From Yuukianura sp. NJ FZ-2021 (Eukaryota), in contig JAJCTO010000009.1 of the NCBI GenBank assembly GCA_046563655.1, positions 992,001-1,056,000 of the forward strand: a DNA stretch of 64,000 nt, given 5' to 3'. Both the position numbers and the translations under genes were made by a program. Positions 1-12,656 of the stretch are shown here, in pieces. Each line of letters opens with the position of its first letter. Position 1 is the stretch's first letter. Below the pieces are notes generated by a model. That model was not told the origin of the DNA and did no database searches. It saw only the letters and a list, made by a program, of their open reading frames with translations.

Positions 1-241
1 ACATTTGGTGCGGGATATGCTGTTCAAATGGCGACATTCTTCCATGTTGCAGCGACGTTTTTTGCAACTTGCGAGGTAACTTGGACCGTCCGTCAGAATC
101 GTCATCCTCAACTCTCGCGTTTCTTCGATTAGCCGATTCCAGAACTTGCAATTCTTCATTTGAGAGGAACCCCATTACCTGATTTCCATCCTCGTTTTTC
201 GTTTTCTTGCTATTCTTTGGCGTAACTTGTGCAGAATCCAT
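1..241 (-). CDS. Basic Lys/Arg-rich protein of the nested element, 5' part
   Basis: Same sequence as 27273 onward (MDSAQVTPKNSKK...). Confidence 0.5.
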   Translation of the reverse strand, partial: MDSAQVTPKNSKKTKNEDGNQVMGFLSNEELQVLESANRRNARVEDDDSDGRSKLPRKLQKTSLQHGRMSPFEQHIPHQM

Positions 242-2038
242 TGTACCAGTGTCGCTCTCAGTCAAAAACACCCTTGAGGTTACTTTTGCTTCCTGCTTTG
301 CGAGCACGTCCTTTCCGGTTGCTTGTCAAACTACAAATGAGTATGGTTTGGTAAAGCAGTGAAGATTAAATGTTTTCCAAACTGGCCAGTTTATAATGTT
401 CTGGCGCACACAGCATGCTGTATATACGCCAGGGTTCAGCAACAAATGATGTCTCGAGACCACTTTTTATGATTCCACGAGTTTATTTTATTGCACTTTC
501 TAAAAAAAATGGCAGAGGATTTTAAAACATTTTGCGACCAGCCACTCCCATTGGTGGGACTAGGCCATTTTTGAACGACATGTCGACCAATCAGAAGCGA
601 GCTGCACGCCCATTGGCTGAAAATTGGTATAGGCCTTGGGATTTTGACCAATCAAATTGCAGCAATGTACTGGCCACGCCCACTGATGCAACGACTCGTC
701 GACCAATCAGAAGCGAGATGGACGCCAAATGGCTGAAATTGGTTTACAGGTTGGGATTTTACCAAGCAAATTTCAGTATTTTACTGGCAAAGCCCTCTGG
801 GGCAGCAACAAGTCGACCAATCAAAAGCGAGCTGGACGCCAATTGGCTGAAATTGATACACGGGCTGGGATTTTGACCAATCAAATTTCAGTATTGTACT
901 AGCCACGCCCTCTGGGGCAACAACACGTCGACCAATCAGAAGTCAGGTTGACGCACTTTATCGTCAAACTCGAGGGATTTGAACGTCCTTGGGCAGTTGA
1001 CTTGCGATAAAGCTATTTCCTGCCCATTCAAAACGACTAGTATGTGTAGTTTTGAAGGACTAGCGGACCAATAGTAAACGAGGTTGACGTCTAGCGGCAG
1101 AAATTAGTCGGTGAGATTTGTGATTTTGAAAAAACCAATACCAAAATGAGCACTGGGTGTCGTATAAACTTGCGTACCAACACTCCACGGATCATAAGCA
1201 ACTAGATGGAAACGCTGACTAGTCAAATTGTAGCATTGAAATGGTTACGCAATGCTTTTGCGGTGAGTGAACCGTTATTCACTCGGCGAAAAGCTAGAAG
1301 GCAGACCTCCCACCATTGCCCTTGTGCTTGCAATTGTTTATATTGGAAATAGGTTTGTATTTTGTACACGAGTCAATCAACTCACAATGTCAAAAGTTCC
1401 CATTGCTTGAACTTGTCGTACGTTTTTTTAAATAAGTTTGCTTTTTGTACACGAGTCAATCAACTCACAAGGTCAAAAGTTTTCATTGATTGAACTTGTC
1501 GTAAGTTTTTTTCGTGCATTCTAATTAGCGATCGCGACACGGAAGTATTCGGCAATTAAAAACCGCAAACGTGCAAGACGAACCGTAGGTTAGGTCTTGT
1601 GTCATTTCAAAATATTTTCGAAAGATGTTTAGAAAGGAACCTGATGTTTACAAAGAAACATTTTTGAGAATTTACTATTTAAAAAGTTTCCGAGAGAGAT
1701 AGCTTCCGGGAAAGTAGTATTTTCAAACACAAAAAAAAATTAAGAACCAAATTAAATGCCAAGTTTAAAATGAGCCCAAGCTACAAAAAAAAAACTAAAA
1801 AGTTGTATAAAAGTGCAAAGAGGAGAGGATTTTTCAGGTAGGTACTTGCACGAAAACCACAAAACCGCAAAATATTTTCTTAAAATTATTTTTAAAAACT
1901 AATTAAGCACCTAAACCTACAGTGAGCATGGACAAAAACGAAATATAAAAAGTTGCACAAAAGTGCAAAAAGAAAAACCAAAAGTGCAAAAGTAAACGGG
2001 GGAGGGGGGGGGGGCGTTGGCCTCCCAAACCATTGACT
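1..2038 (-). mobile_element. Nested capsid-carrying TIR element, partial copy in arm A (TIR 464-2038)
   Basis: Reverse complement of 25477-27513; ends ...CCATTGACT at 2038, followed by TATATA (2039-2044). Confidence 0.85.
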
Positions 2039-2672
2039 TATATACTATACAAGAGGATGAGTCTGGAAATAAATTTGATCTAAAACGAAAATTGTCATCC
2101 TGATTTTGAGATAAATCAATAAACAAATAACTATTAGGTTTGTTTTTGGTTGCATCTTCATATGCTTCTTCTAATAAGCCGTTTGATTTTCCACCATGCA
2201 TTTGTCTTGACAAGTATTTTATAATTGATGTATCTCTGGGATTTCGAAACAAAACTACATATTTACTATTTAAAGTTAGGTTTCTACACCCTTTATAAAA
2301 AAAGTTTTGCACTGTTATAATTAAACTAAGCGAACGATGATGAGACCCTCTTGTGGCCATGCCACAAACTTATTTTGAGTTGGCAACAACTTCCATAAAA
2401 TCATCCAAAATCACCATAGTTTCAACTTGATTTCCTTCTCCAACATCCAAATTCTCCATTCCTTGCTTAAATTCAACGTTATGATGTAATTTCAATGCTT
2501 CAGCAAAACTAGGCTCATCCTCACTGTAGCAATAAACAATACGTTTAATTTTTGGTTCAATAACTTCGTCCCTTCTCTCAATCAATTGTTTAATCAGTGA
2601 TGTTTTGCCACTTTGAGTAGGTCGACTCAGCACCATAACAAATGGATGAATTAATTCAGGCCTGAACTCCAT
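2039..2672 (-). pseudogene. Polinton packaging ATPase (A32/FtsK-HerA type), arm A
   Basis: Walker A-like RPTQSGKT, Walker B ILDD, SHHRSLSLIITVQN and FRNPRD motifs; in-frame TAA at 2370-2372; 3' end cut by the nested element. Confidence 0.9.
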
Positions 2673-2743
2673 TCTTTCCGAGGTTCTGGGAGTAAATGAA
2701 GTGAAACATATACAAAACTTTGATTTATTAATCCTTTTCCATT

Positions 2744-5700
2744 TTATTCAACTCTTTCTTCTTCTTGTTCACCTTGATACTCTTTAATTTTATAATGTCC
2801 AAATCTAAGAGATTCAATTGGTGTTAAATAAAACGCTTTGTCTTCTACAGCAGACAAACTCTGCTTTTTCATTGTTGTTGTGTACAGTCTGTGATTTAAG
2901 CTACGAATTGTATTCATTGACACAAATCTACAGCTACCTTCTTCTAATACATCTTTATAATCATTGAAATTCAACTGAGATTCCAGTACTGCCGTAACTG
3001 TACCTTTAGCTTTTTTAATTTCTTTCTCCTCTCCATCACGTGTCACCACCTTCAAAGCATATAGTTTTGGTTTTAGAGCTACAACTTCAGAAATTATGCA
3101 ATCTGGACTTTCATCCTTAAAATAACCCCTTCTCCAGCATGCTTGTCACTGTATAAGTGCCCTAGAAGCCTATCAGATTTTTTAAAATTTGATGTATCAA
3201 ACAAGCCTTCGTCTTTCTTTACACTATTATAAATATCAGCATAAATATCTTCCGTTTTAATATGTAACATAAAACTATCAGTATCTGTAAATATCAGACG
3301 CATATTACTACCATAACGTGGTTTCAATTTGTTATAGTACACTTCATACATTTGTTTTTTACTATCATCTAATATAGTAAGTCCTACAAATATTGGCTTA
3401 TTTAAACACACTGACAATTTCTTCATTACAAACAAAACACAGTCATCGTGTATCATTCTAATATCCTCTACGGTAGGCTTCTTACCATACTCTAAAATCT
3501 TTTGATTTGACAAACCAACATTTTTTTTTTTTTTTGAGAGTTAATTGACATTAGCATTTAGCTTTATCAACAGGGGTAGGGAATTTCTGGGTTGGGTTGA
3601 GGTCCTATGAGGTGGGGCGGTGGTACAGTCAGATAGTTGGCGAGAAGTTCTGAGGGAAGGACGAAAGGCTTTCTGCTAGAGCTGAACGGGCTAGGGCCCT
3701 ACCACATATCACAGCTCCAGGCAAGTGACAGGAACAGCATCGTACGCATACCGGCCCACGACCCCCCTCCACAACTGCAACTACTGACCTCTTCACACGC
3801 ACCCATAACCCCCCAAACTGACCTATCATCCGAACACCCCATCTGGGCTAGGAAAGTGGGAAAACCATTTCTGGAAAATGACTTTCGTGTCGGCGACGCC
3901 GGGACGCGAACCCGCGCCCGTCCAAGGTGTTAGTAGGATAGAGCCGGAGCTCTAGTCCCCCCGGCCTACGGGCCTTGGACACAAACCAACATTTATTCGC
4001 TTATATTTTCTAACATTTTGAAAAGTTTTTCCAACTAAAATATTTCCCAAAGCTTTATAGGCTTTCCTATCAACTTCATTAGTTGACTCTTGACGTCGTT
4101 TTATACATAACTCACAGTATACACGAAACAATGGCGCTTGTCTGAACCTTAGAGCACAGTGTACTTTTGTTAACTTCAAACCCAGTTTCAAAAAAAGTTT
4201 TAGTAATCTGTAGTGTATAACATAATTCTTTTTATCTTCTAAACTTCCCACCAATTTTGTCTTTTTTTGAGTTGCGGATTTTGTTCCAACGTTGTTCATA
4301 ACATGATGAGTATAGGATGATAAATCTGAAAATTGAATTGAACGCCTTTCTACTGCTAGTGGATAGTCATTATGTAAGTCATGTAACTCCTTTGGATAAG
4401 TCAAATCTACTTCCAAAATTAAACCTTCTTCTGCCTCATCACCCATTCCCAAAATCATCTTCACAACATCATCCATCTTCAGTGTCCTTTGCCATAAGCA
4501 TAAATCCCACCGAAAATGTTTCCAGGGTACAAAATTTCGGAGTTGGTGGGCGTACAAGACGTTCGCATCAAACAGACACAAATAACTTGTTGGTTGTGTG
4601 GAATCATAAGCTGACGCTAAGTACTTGTTGTTCGCTTTAGCATATCGTAAACCTACACTACAAATACCACCCCGAATTCCTTTTTCAATAAATAAATATT
4701 GATCCAGTTCCCTCAAATATTCAAAATCAACACTACCACAAAGTATAGCTGCGTCATATGCTATACCCGGCAACGTATAATAGTGAGCAGGATCTAAACG
4801 GAAATCAGCTAAAAATCTCTGTCTAAAGTTTTGAAAACAGTCAGCAAGCAGTGTGACATCTAGAGATACATATAAGTTATGATAATCTCTCAAAGTTTTA
4901 CAACCAAACTCCTTCCAAACACGCTGAGCATGTTCATATTCTTCATCACAAATTCCTTTTCCTGTTAAGTCACTAACCCAAACACTTTTTGGTGGTAAAC
5001 TTGTCTCTTCAAATTTTTCAAAATTATCAAAATAGGTATAGGGGTACACTCCTTTGCGGAACAACAAATTAATGTTTTGATAATTTTTATCAAATACAAC
5101 TTTTGTTATGGGAAACTTATCAAAGTTATCCTTCGCCAAAACATTCACTTTATCAGCTAAACTCGAACTTATAAACTGAAAAGAATCCATAAACTTAAGC
5201 ACATTTCCTTCCAAAGTTGTCAATTGCATCGAAGTAAACTTTTCAGTCGAGTGAGGTAACACGTCCACTTTTTTCAATTTTGCACTGTTCAGAGCTTGTA
5301 CAATAAATTTTGAATCATAGTGACGAAAACCATGGCATATGATTGGAATGAAATTCACTGTCTCAGATTTTAAGTTACATCCGCTGCAGCTCATTCCACG
5401 AATTTCTCCAGTGTAGTGGCAGTGGTCAACAACCTTTTCTTGATTAGGAACCTCCAAACCGCAATGTATACAGTGTGTTGATGCATGCAGAAGATTATAA
5501 AAGTCTCTAGTAGTCCAACGCATGTCTCTTCCAACATCAACTTTTAACAATGGAAAATATTTTGAAGAAATTTTAATTAACTCATCAAGAGCTGTATGCT
5601 GCGCGTCTTGACCTTGAAATATTTTAATTTTTTCCAATGGTTCACCAAGAGGTCCAATCATAATAAGTGCCCAACCACAAGCTATATGTTCATTGTACAC

Positions 5701-7145
5701 ATCACCAACTTTCGACGTAAGTGCACTTGCTGCTTTTGGAAATAAAACTGCTTCAAAGTCCAAATAACCAACCACTGGAACAGGCAGTGTTCTCTTAATT
5801 CTCGTGAAATTGTAAAACTTTTCAAATGGTAACGTCACTCTTTGTAGTTCTAAAGCAGCACAAAATTTCTCATGATTTTCAAGCTTTTTCTTTGTCCTCC
5901 AATATAGCAGGCAAAATCTGCAAATGTATTTTGCATAATTCCGTTCACCTTTTCCCAAAAGTCGAGACAGACCATCTGAAGGATTATTTTCACTCTTCTT
6001 TAACAATGTAAAGTGAGACTTCAAACCTTCCAACAACAACAGCAAGTCAATGTTAAACTTTCTTCGCTCTTTACATACATACAATGGGAAAACGGTGATC
6101 TTCTTTTTGAAATGGTAGAGTCCAGTTCATCTAATTCCTCATAACCGTACACATTTACTGATATGGTCGGATTAAAATGCAAAAATTTATCCAACTGGCA
6201 AACTGTCATTGGAAAATTTACACAGTCAAAATCAACACTGCACTTGTATTTCAGATATACTCTAGGGTCTGTGAACTGTCTACAACTAATTTTTGGGTTC
6301 TGATAAAGAGGTATCAGAGCTGCTAAAATACAATACTTGAAACAATACTGATCCATGTTTTTGATATTCACAATACAATTTTTCTTTTGAATTGACTTTG
6401 GTGTAGGAATAAAACTTGAAACTCGATCCATTTGGAACTTCAAAATTCGTAATTGAAACTTTGTGAACAGTTTCACTTTCCATCCAGAACCATTGTATAA
6501 AAATGTTTCCAAAGATAGCGACATTTTACGCTGTAATTGATTTATAACTGTTGACACCATACTAGGATCTAAAACACTATGCATAAATGAATGAAACGGG
6601 AAAACTTCACTTTCACAAACACCAGCAACATCTCTTGTTAATCTTGTCATTTCAGCAAAAATAGTACCCACAATTCTGTAGGCCCCAACTTCAGAAAAGA
6701 TGTTTCTCAAAAGTTCTAATAGAATCACTTCGTGACACGTAAACACTCCTTCAATGTCACCAAAAACATTTCTAGTTAAGTCCGCAACATATTCTCTTAC
6801 AATCCCTTCACGTCCTCTTCGTCCGCGCTGGAGTTCAAATTGAACAGAAGTTAATCGTCCACCTACTTGAATTGGTATTTCATTTCCATCAAATAGTTCT
6901 GGATGATAAACGAAACGATGTAAATCCAAGTCACCCGGATCCTTGAATCGAACAACACAAAGTGGACAGAATCGATTCTTAAAGTTTGTGTTTTCCCCCC
7001 ACTCATGAGGCGGAGAAAGTTCTGAAAAAGAAAAATACTTTCAACTGTTTCTGGGCAACTTAGCTTTCATTCATTTACCAATGCTAAAGTCATCTTCCAG
7101 CAGCACTTGTTCTATAATATCCAGGTCATGTTCAGAAAGTTCCAT
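2744..7145 (-). pseudogene. polB: Protein-primed family B DNA polymerase (pPolB), arm A; frameshifted and SINE-interrupted
   Basis: YLDFE, DHCHYTG..RG..C..CN, RKGVYPY, DANVLY, YKALGNILVGK and FTDTDS motifs across ORFs 6021-6929, 3952-6084, 3094-3513 and 2744-3055; frameshifts in homopolymers near 6105 and 3127. Confidence 0.93.
3524..3980 (-). mobile_element. tRNA-derived SINE in pPolB (arm A)
   Basis: 14-bp TSD ACAAACCAACATTT (3510-3523 and 3981-3994), poly(A) tail on the minus strand, A/B-box-like head. Confidence 0.88.
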
Positions 7146-7859
7146 AAGCAATTCTTAGAAAACAAATAATTTCATAAGTCATATTTTAGCTTCATCAAAA
7201 TCTACTAAGTGTACCGTTATTGCTTATATTAGCAACATCTGTTACTGCTTCGTTCAGTTGACTGCTTTCTAAGTTTCTCTCAAAATTTGGATTATGAGCA
7301 GCTCCTCCTCTCATGGATCTGCTTGATCCAGGTTGTTCAACTCAAATTTAAAACAGAGAACACAAACTTAAAACAATATAAAACAAAAAAAAACAAGATT
7401 TCACATACTCAACTCTTACTTGCTTGTGTGTAATTGCTATTGTGACTTCTACGGCAGTGTGCTTCAAATAACTGAAGTGGATCAAAATATTCTGAACAGA
7501 ATGAACAAAAGTAATTACCTGCCATGACTTTAGACTTTTTTTTACCTCAATCTAATATCAGGACTGTCAAATTTCTGAGCAAACATTCTAAATTTTCAAC
7601 CAATTTATACAAAAACTCCAGACCCACCCCAGCACGAACTTTTTCTAACAACCTCAATTCTTTCAAAAGCGGTGTTCAGGTATCTTTGCTGCTTACAAAG
7701 GGATGGTTTAAGGGGAAACTATCAATGTTTTTACATGATTCTAGGAGTCTCAACATTTTTTCACTACAAATTTAAAACTTTCCACATCATATCATATTTT
7801 TTCCTAATTTATAACAAAATATGATAGTATAAAAAATTTAATATTTCATGCAGAGGGTA

Positions 7860-7934
7860 GGATTCGAACCCTGGCAAAAAGTAACTCAAATGCTCAATGA
7901 ACATCATCCTCACCACTGAGCAATTGAGTTACTT
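7860..7934 (-). ncRNA. Putative Pol III hairpin RNA (arm A copy)
   Basis: Same structure as 19633-19707; the difference within the hairpin is in the loop. Confidence 0.5.
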
Positions 7935-8465
7935 ATTTAATTAATGACAGATTTTGAAGATCAAATCCTTTCCAATCTTAGCAAGAACAAAGCTCCACGG
8001 CCTACCCTTCACATTTTCACCTACTCCAAAAAAAGTTCGTACACAAGTACAATTACAAAAAAACTAGTGCCGCTTTTGGACATGATTCACCATGATTGAA
8101 CTCTGAGATTTTGAAGATCTAAGCATTTATTAAAACTAACAAAAAAATTAAATTGGAAGCAAATACTTTTCTTCCGCTCCAAGACCACGCCCATCCACAT
8201 GCTGTTTCCACTTTTCACCACCTGCAGTGCTTACCTAAATTTCATAAAAGTGAATAGCACCTAAAAAAAAACAAAAAAGCGTTTTTTTTCTAAAAACTTA
8301 CTGGTTCAAGAGGTCCAGTTTCGTTCTTTCCAAGGCGTTGTCCATGTACTCACCCCACACGCATCATCCCAGCGACCTTACTACTGAACTCACATGGTCT
8401 ACAAAACAAAAAAAAATATATGAGTGACCTAACATGTTTTTCTGTTAAACACCAGCAAATCATTC

Positions 8466-8795
8466 TTACGTTGCTAATTTTTTCCGCATATCTGATGTTT
8501 CCCTATCGACGTACACTCTGGGCTTAATATGCTGCTCCCAATAATAAAGTGTGAGGCCACCGTCGTCGTCCTCGTCCAAGGAACTTGCCGAACTAAGATC
8601 TTGATCTGCACATTCACCCTCTTTGCAAAATACCACAGCGTCGAATTTCAAAAATTTTTGTATTAAACTTGAATCTCGAAATCTTTTGTTGAATTTAGCA
8701 CTGTCAATGTTGTGACAATGTTCAAGTTTAGACAAATGCGAATCCGGAATCGTTTCGGATTCGAGTTGATTTTTGTTGAATTTTGAGTTCTCCAT
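8466..8795 (-). CDS. First exon of a TIR-proximal accessory gene of unknown function (arm A)
   Basis: ORF MENSKFNK... ends at a GTAAGA donor; paralogous to 43367-43548. Confidence 0.55.
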   Translation of the reverse strand: MENSKFNKNQLESETIPDSHLSKLEHCHNIDSAKFNKRFRDSSLIQKFLKFDAVVFCKEGECADQDLSSASSLDEDDDGGLTLYYWEQHIKPRVYVDRETSDMRKKLAT

Positions 8796-9479
8796 TTTTT
8801 CAGACTTTTTTCAAAACTTAACTGAATTTTCGCTCAAAGTTGAAACTTCTGTTACTATTTTTGATTTAGAACTCAGCTTTGTAAGCAGAGACAGAACAAT
8901 CACAACAAAACACATTTTTACAAAGTACCATCCATTGGGTTTACAAAGATCACAAAGTGTCAGCATTTACATGTCATGTCAAGACACAAAATTTATTGCT
9001 TTTGTCTTTTTCAAATGTGAAGAGAGACATAAATTTAATGGGAGAGAGATTCTCTCGCTTCTTCTCTTGTCAAAACAAACAAAAGAAACTAAGAACCAAA
9101 CACTTCTCATCTTGTTAGTATGAATACAATGAATTAGTATAAATATGAATTTTTTTGTCTCAGTTTTTGAACAAATTCAACAAACATATATTTTGAAAAA
9201 AACTGTTTAAAAAAATTCTCATTTCATTTTCTCATGTTAACTTAGATTTTCTGCTTTCACATATGAAAACCTCGCTGGAAAGAGAATTCAATGTTTTTCA
9301 TTTTTTTGTCAGACCACATTTAGCAAGGCCAGATTTATTGACATTTTTTGTGTGGTAAAACAACGTGGTGGGGAGCGGGGTGTGGGGGATGCACTTGACT
9401 CAGAAACTCAACATCTCCAGAGTCTAATACTTCTGAAACAGATGAATGAGGAGTGGTGAATGCATGATTTTTTCAAAAG

Positions 9480-9569
9480 CCACACCCTCCAAAAAAGCAT
9501 GTTTCAGCTACCAAAACTGAGATGGAAAGTCCCATCTCCTGCTTCACGGGCTAAATCAAGATTACTACT
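9480..9569 (-). repeat. Polinton left terminal inverted repeat
   Basis: Near-identical to 44320-44409; AGTAGT terminus; internal hairpin GAGATGG-AAAGTC-CCATCTC. Confidence 0.92.
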
Positions 9570-12500
9570 CACGTAGGTTAGAGGACGGTTATTCATTGCT
9601 GACTCCACGGCGCAGAGACAAGTTTCCAACTCCACGTAGCTGACCCGACTTTTTCCTAACATCCTTCTGAGTAAATCCTTGGCGGAGCGAATGAGACGTT
9701 CCCACCATCCTCCCCACCATGGAGCCGCGGGGGGGTTGAAACGCCAACAGATCCGTTCCGCTTCTGTTCTTTCCACGACCAACTTCCAGTCTATCGTCTT
9801 GAATAAATTGACTGCTCCTTTGAAGTTGGTGCCGTTGTCGGAGAAGACAGTCAATGGTCGTCGTTTCCGTGTGCAGAATCGGAAAAATGCGAGAAGGAAA
9901 TCTTCTGTAGACAGCGACTGGACGACCTCTAGATGGACACCTCTGTACACGGCGCATGTGAAAAGGACGATGTAGGCTTTGCTGTTGTCTCGTAGCGTAA
10001 GAGGGCCGGCTAGATCAACTCCTACTATTTCAAATGCTGTCGCGTCCTTCACTCTTCCCTCTGGCAAGGCGCTAGGAGCCACTGCACACTTCTGAGTGTC
10101 GTATCTTCTGCAGAGGACGCATGTGTGAATTATCTTCTTAATTGCTCGTCTTCCTTGGATAATCCATGCCTTCTCCCTGATTCTTCCCATTAGCAGCTGT
10201 GCTCCTCCATGGCAATTCCTGACGTGTTCTTCCTTGATGAAGGCGTCCACCATGGGATGTGAGTTCGGCAGTAGTACTGGTGATTTGAAGTACTCCGTGT
10301 CGTTTCTGTATAAGAGCTTTGTCTTGACACGGATGACACCATCCTTGTCTCGTTCCACGCGCAATCCGTCAATGACGCTGTCTCCCTTATGGAATGATTC
10401 ATTCTGGATCAACTTGAAAATTTTGAATTCTGCCTCTTCGATTTCTTGTGCTGATGGTAGTTCCACGTCTCCAATTCTCACTGCAGTCTTTTCTGGTTTG
10501 AGTCTGGTACGGTGGATGAAGCGAAGGACGTAAGACATGACCCTCAGGTTCCTGGAATAGCTGTTGAAGACAACGTACCAAGGCTTCTTATTGAAAATTG
10601 TATCGACAGTTGAGATCTTCTTGACTTCCTGATTGATTTCACTCTCGTCTACTTCTGGTTCCGACTGTGGCCATTCCGACTCATCCAACTTCAGCCACTC
10701 GGGTCCTTCCCACCATCTCAACTTCGCCAATTTTCCTGGAGAAGTTCCTCTTGAGGGTAGATCGGCGGGGTTGAGTTCTCCTGGGACATGTCGCCAATTC
10801 GCAGTTGGAGTCAATTCCAAAACTTCTTTAACGCGGTTACCCACAAACGTTCCCCATTCGGCTGATCTCTTGATCCATGCGAGTGCAGTTGTAGAGTCGC
10901 TCCAATGAAATAAGGGGATGGCTTCAATATCCAGTGCCTTCCGAATTGTGCTTGAGAGTCTCGCAGAGATTGAACAGGAAAGGAGCTCCAATCTAGGAAT
11001 GGTTACCTTCTTGGCTGGGGCAACTCTAGACTTCGCTTGAAGAAGGTGGACTTTTACCCCACTTCCCGTCTTGATCCTGAGGAACGCCACTGTTGCATAA
11101 GCTGACTTGCTTGCGTCTCCAAATAAGTGTAGTTGGCAGTTTCTCGTATTTACTGGAATGCCTTCAGTACAATTTCTAGGGATCTGGATCTTACTGGACG
11201 TAAGCACGAACTCTTCCCACCAATCCCTGAATTCCTTTTCAACTTCCGGATGTACTTGTTTGTCCCACTCCTTATCTTCGATCCATGCTTTCTGGAGGAG
11301 AAGTTTTGGAATCACGATGGTCGGGGCGAGAAAACCGAGGGGATCAAAAACGCTCTGGATCTTTGATAAAATTATCCGCTTGGAAATCTTGACTGGAATC
11401 TCTGATGGTAGAATGTCACAGTACAGGAGATCCTTCACCTTGTTCCACTTGAGTCCAAGGACTCCTGTTACCTCATTGTCTCCGCGGCATCCTGTCACTT
11501 CCCATTGCCTCAGCTCCATCTTCGCCTCGGATAAGGCATTGGTAGATGCTCGTTTCAAGTCTTCATATTCTGAAATGGATTCCACTGTAGTCACCAGGTT
11601 ATCTACGTACAGTGATTTCTCGATCTTTTCTGCCATTCCTGAGTTGGATGAACGTAGTAACTGAAGGTGATGTCCAATGACTGCTGCCAACAGAAATGGA
11701 GAGCAGTTCATACCAAACACGACGCGATTGTGTTGGTAGATCTTGACTTTCTGCATCGTCTGGTCTTCCCACCACAGGAACCGGAGAAAATTGCGATCTT
11801 CTTGACTGACTTCTATCATAAGGAACGCTTTCCTTATGTCTGCAATGACTCCAATGGTTCCCATTCTGAAGCGTAGAAGGATTGTCGGAATCAGCTCCAG
11901 GAAGTTAGGGCCCTTTTCTAAGCTTGAATTGAGAGATGGATTTCGGCCTAACTTGCATGAAGCGTCGAATACTGGTCTCACAGGAGTGGTGAGGCTTTCC
12001 TTGAACACAGCTCGATGCGGGAGATAGTGCAACCTGGCTGTTGTGTCTTCTGCGACGACGCTGATTATTCCTTCATTTTCCCAGTCCTTGAAAATAGCGT
12101 CATAACTTTCAAACTTTCCTAAGGACTTCAACTTCCTCGATGTGGTCTGAAGGCGCTTGAATGCAACGTCGTAGTTTGATGGGAGTGCCGCTTGAGCTCC
12201 CCGACTGACCCATGGAAGACACACAGAGTAACGTCCAGAAACGTCTCTCTTGACTGTTCGTGCGAAATGTCTGTAGGTTTCCCGTTCCCGTTCCTCTTTC
12301 GTTCTTGTTTCGGCAGGATCTCGTATCCCAATCGTTTCTAAGTTCCACAGGTCCGAAATGCTTGAGCAGGAAACGGTCATTGTGATGACTGAGAGGGCGA
12401 CAGTGTTTGTAGTCTTCGGTTGACCAATCAGAGTCCATCCAAGGGTTGTCTCCATTGCAGTCAATCCATTTTCTAATTGAATGATGCTGCCGGTCATGAT

Positions 12501-12656
12501 CGTTCCGTAGTAGTCTGCTCCGATGAGGATGTCAACCTCGGACGGCTGTTTTGGATCCAGGTCTGTGACGAAGATCCGTCTTCTTTTCAGCTCCGTCATC
12601 CACGGTCCTCTGACAACTCTGGAGATAGGGCCGCAGATCCTGGGATGATCCATCAT
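9570..12656 (-). CDS. pol: BEL/Pao pol (end of protease region, RT, RNase H, integrase core), interrupted
   Basis: RPVFDAS, ADIRKAFL, YVDN, DASKSAY, WSDS, NPADLPSRG, GVDLAGP, SDNGTNF and GGWWERL motifs; ...NNRPLTYV continues at 44416. Confidence 0.95.

Larger units (their letters stand above)
1..9569 (-). mobile_element. Polinton/Maverick left half, inverted copy (arm A), truncated by the window edge
   Basis: Minus strand starts AGTAGTAATCTTGATTTAGCC at 9569, then pPolB and ATPase. 1-9534 is the reverse complement of 18023-27513 with scattered differences. Confidence 0.95.

Noticed and set aside
8773..9123. 116-aa ORF MLNFEF... (also 18432-18782)
   Set aside because: TTG start, antisense to the terminal gene and its upstream region; no motifs.
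9504..9569. C-terminus SSNLDLAREAG... of the 1050-aa pol ORF
   Set aside because: Read-through into the Polinton TIR; the true continuation is at 44416.
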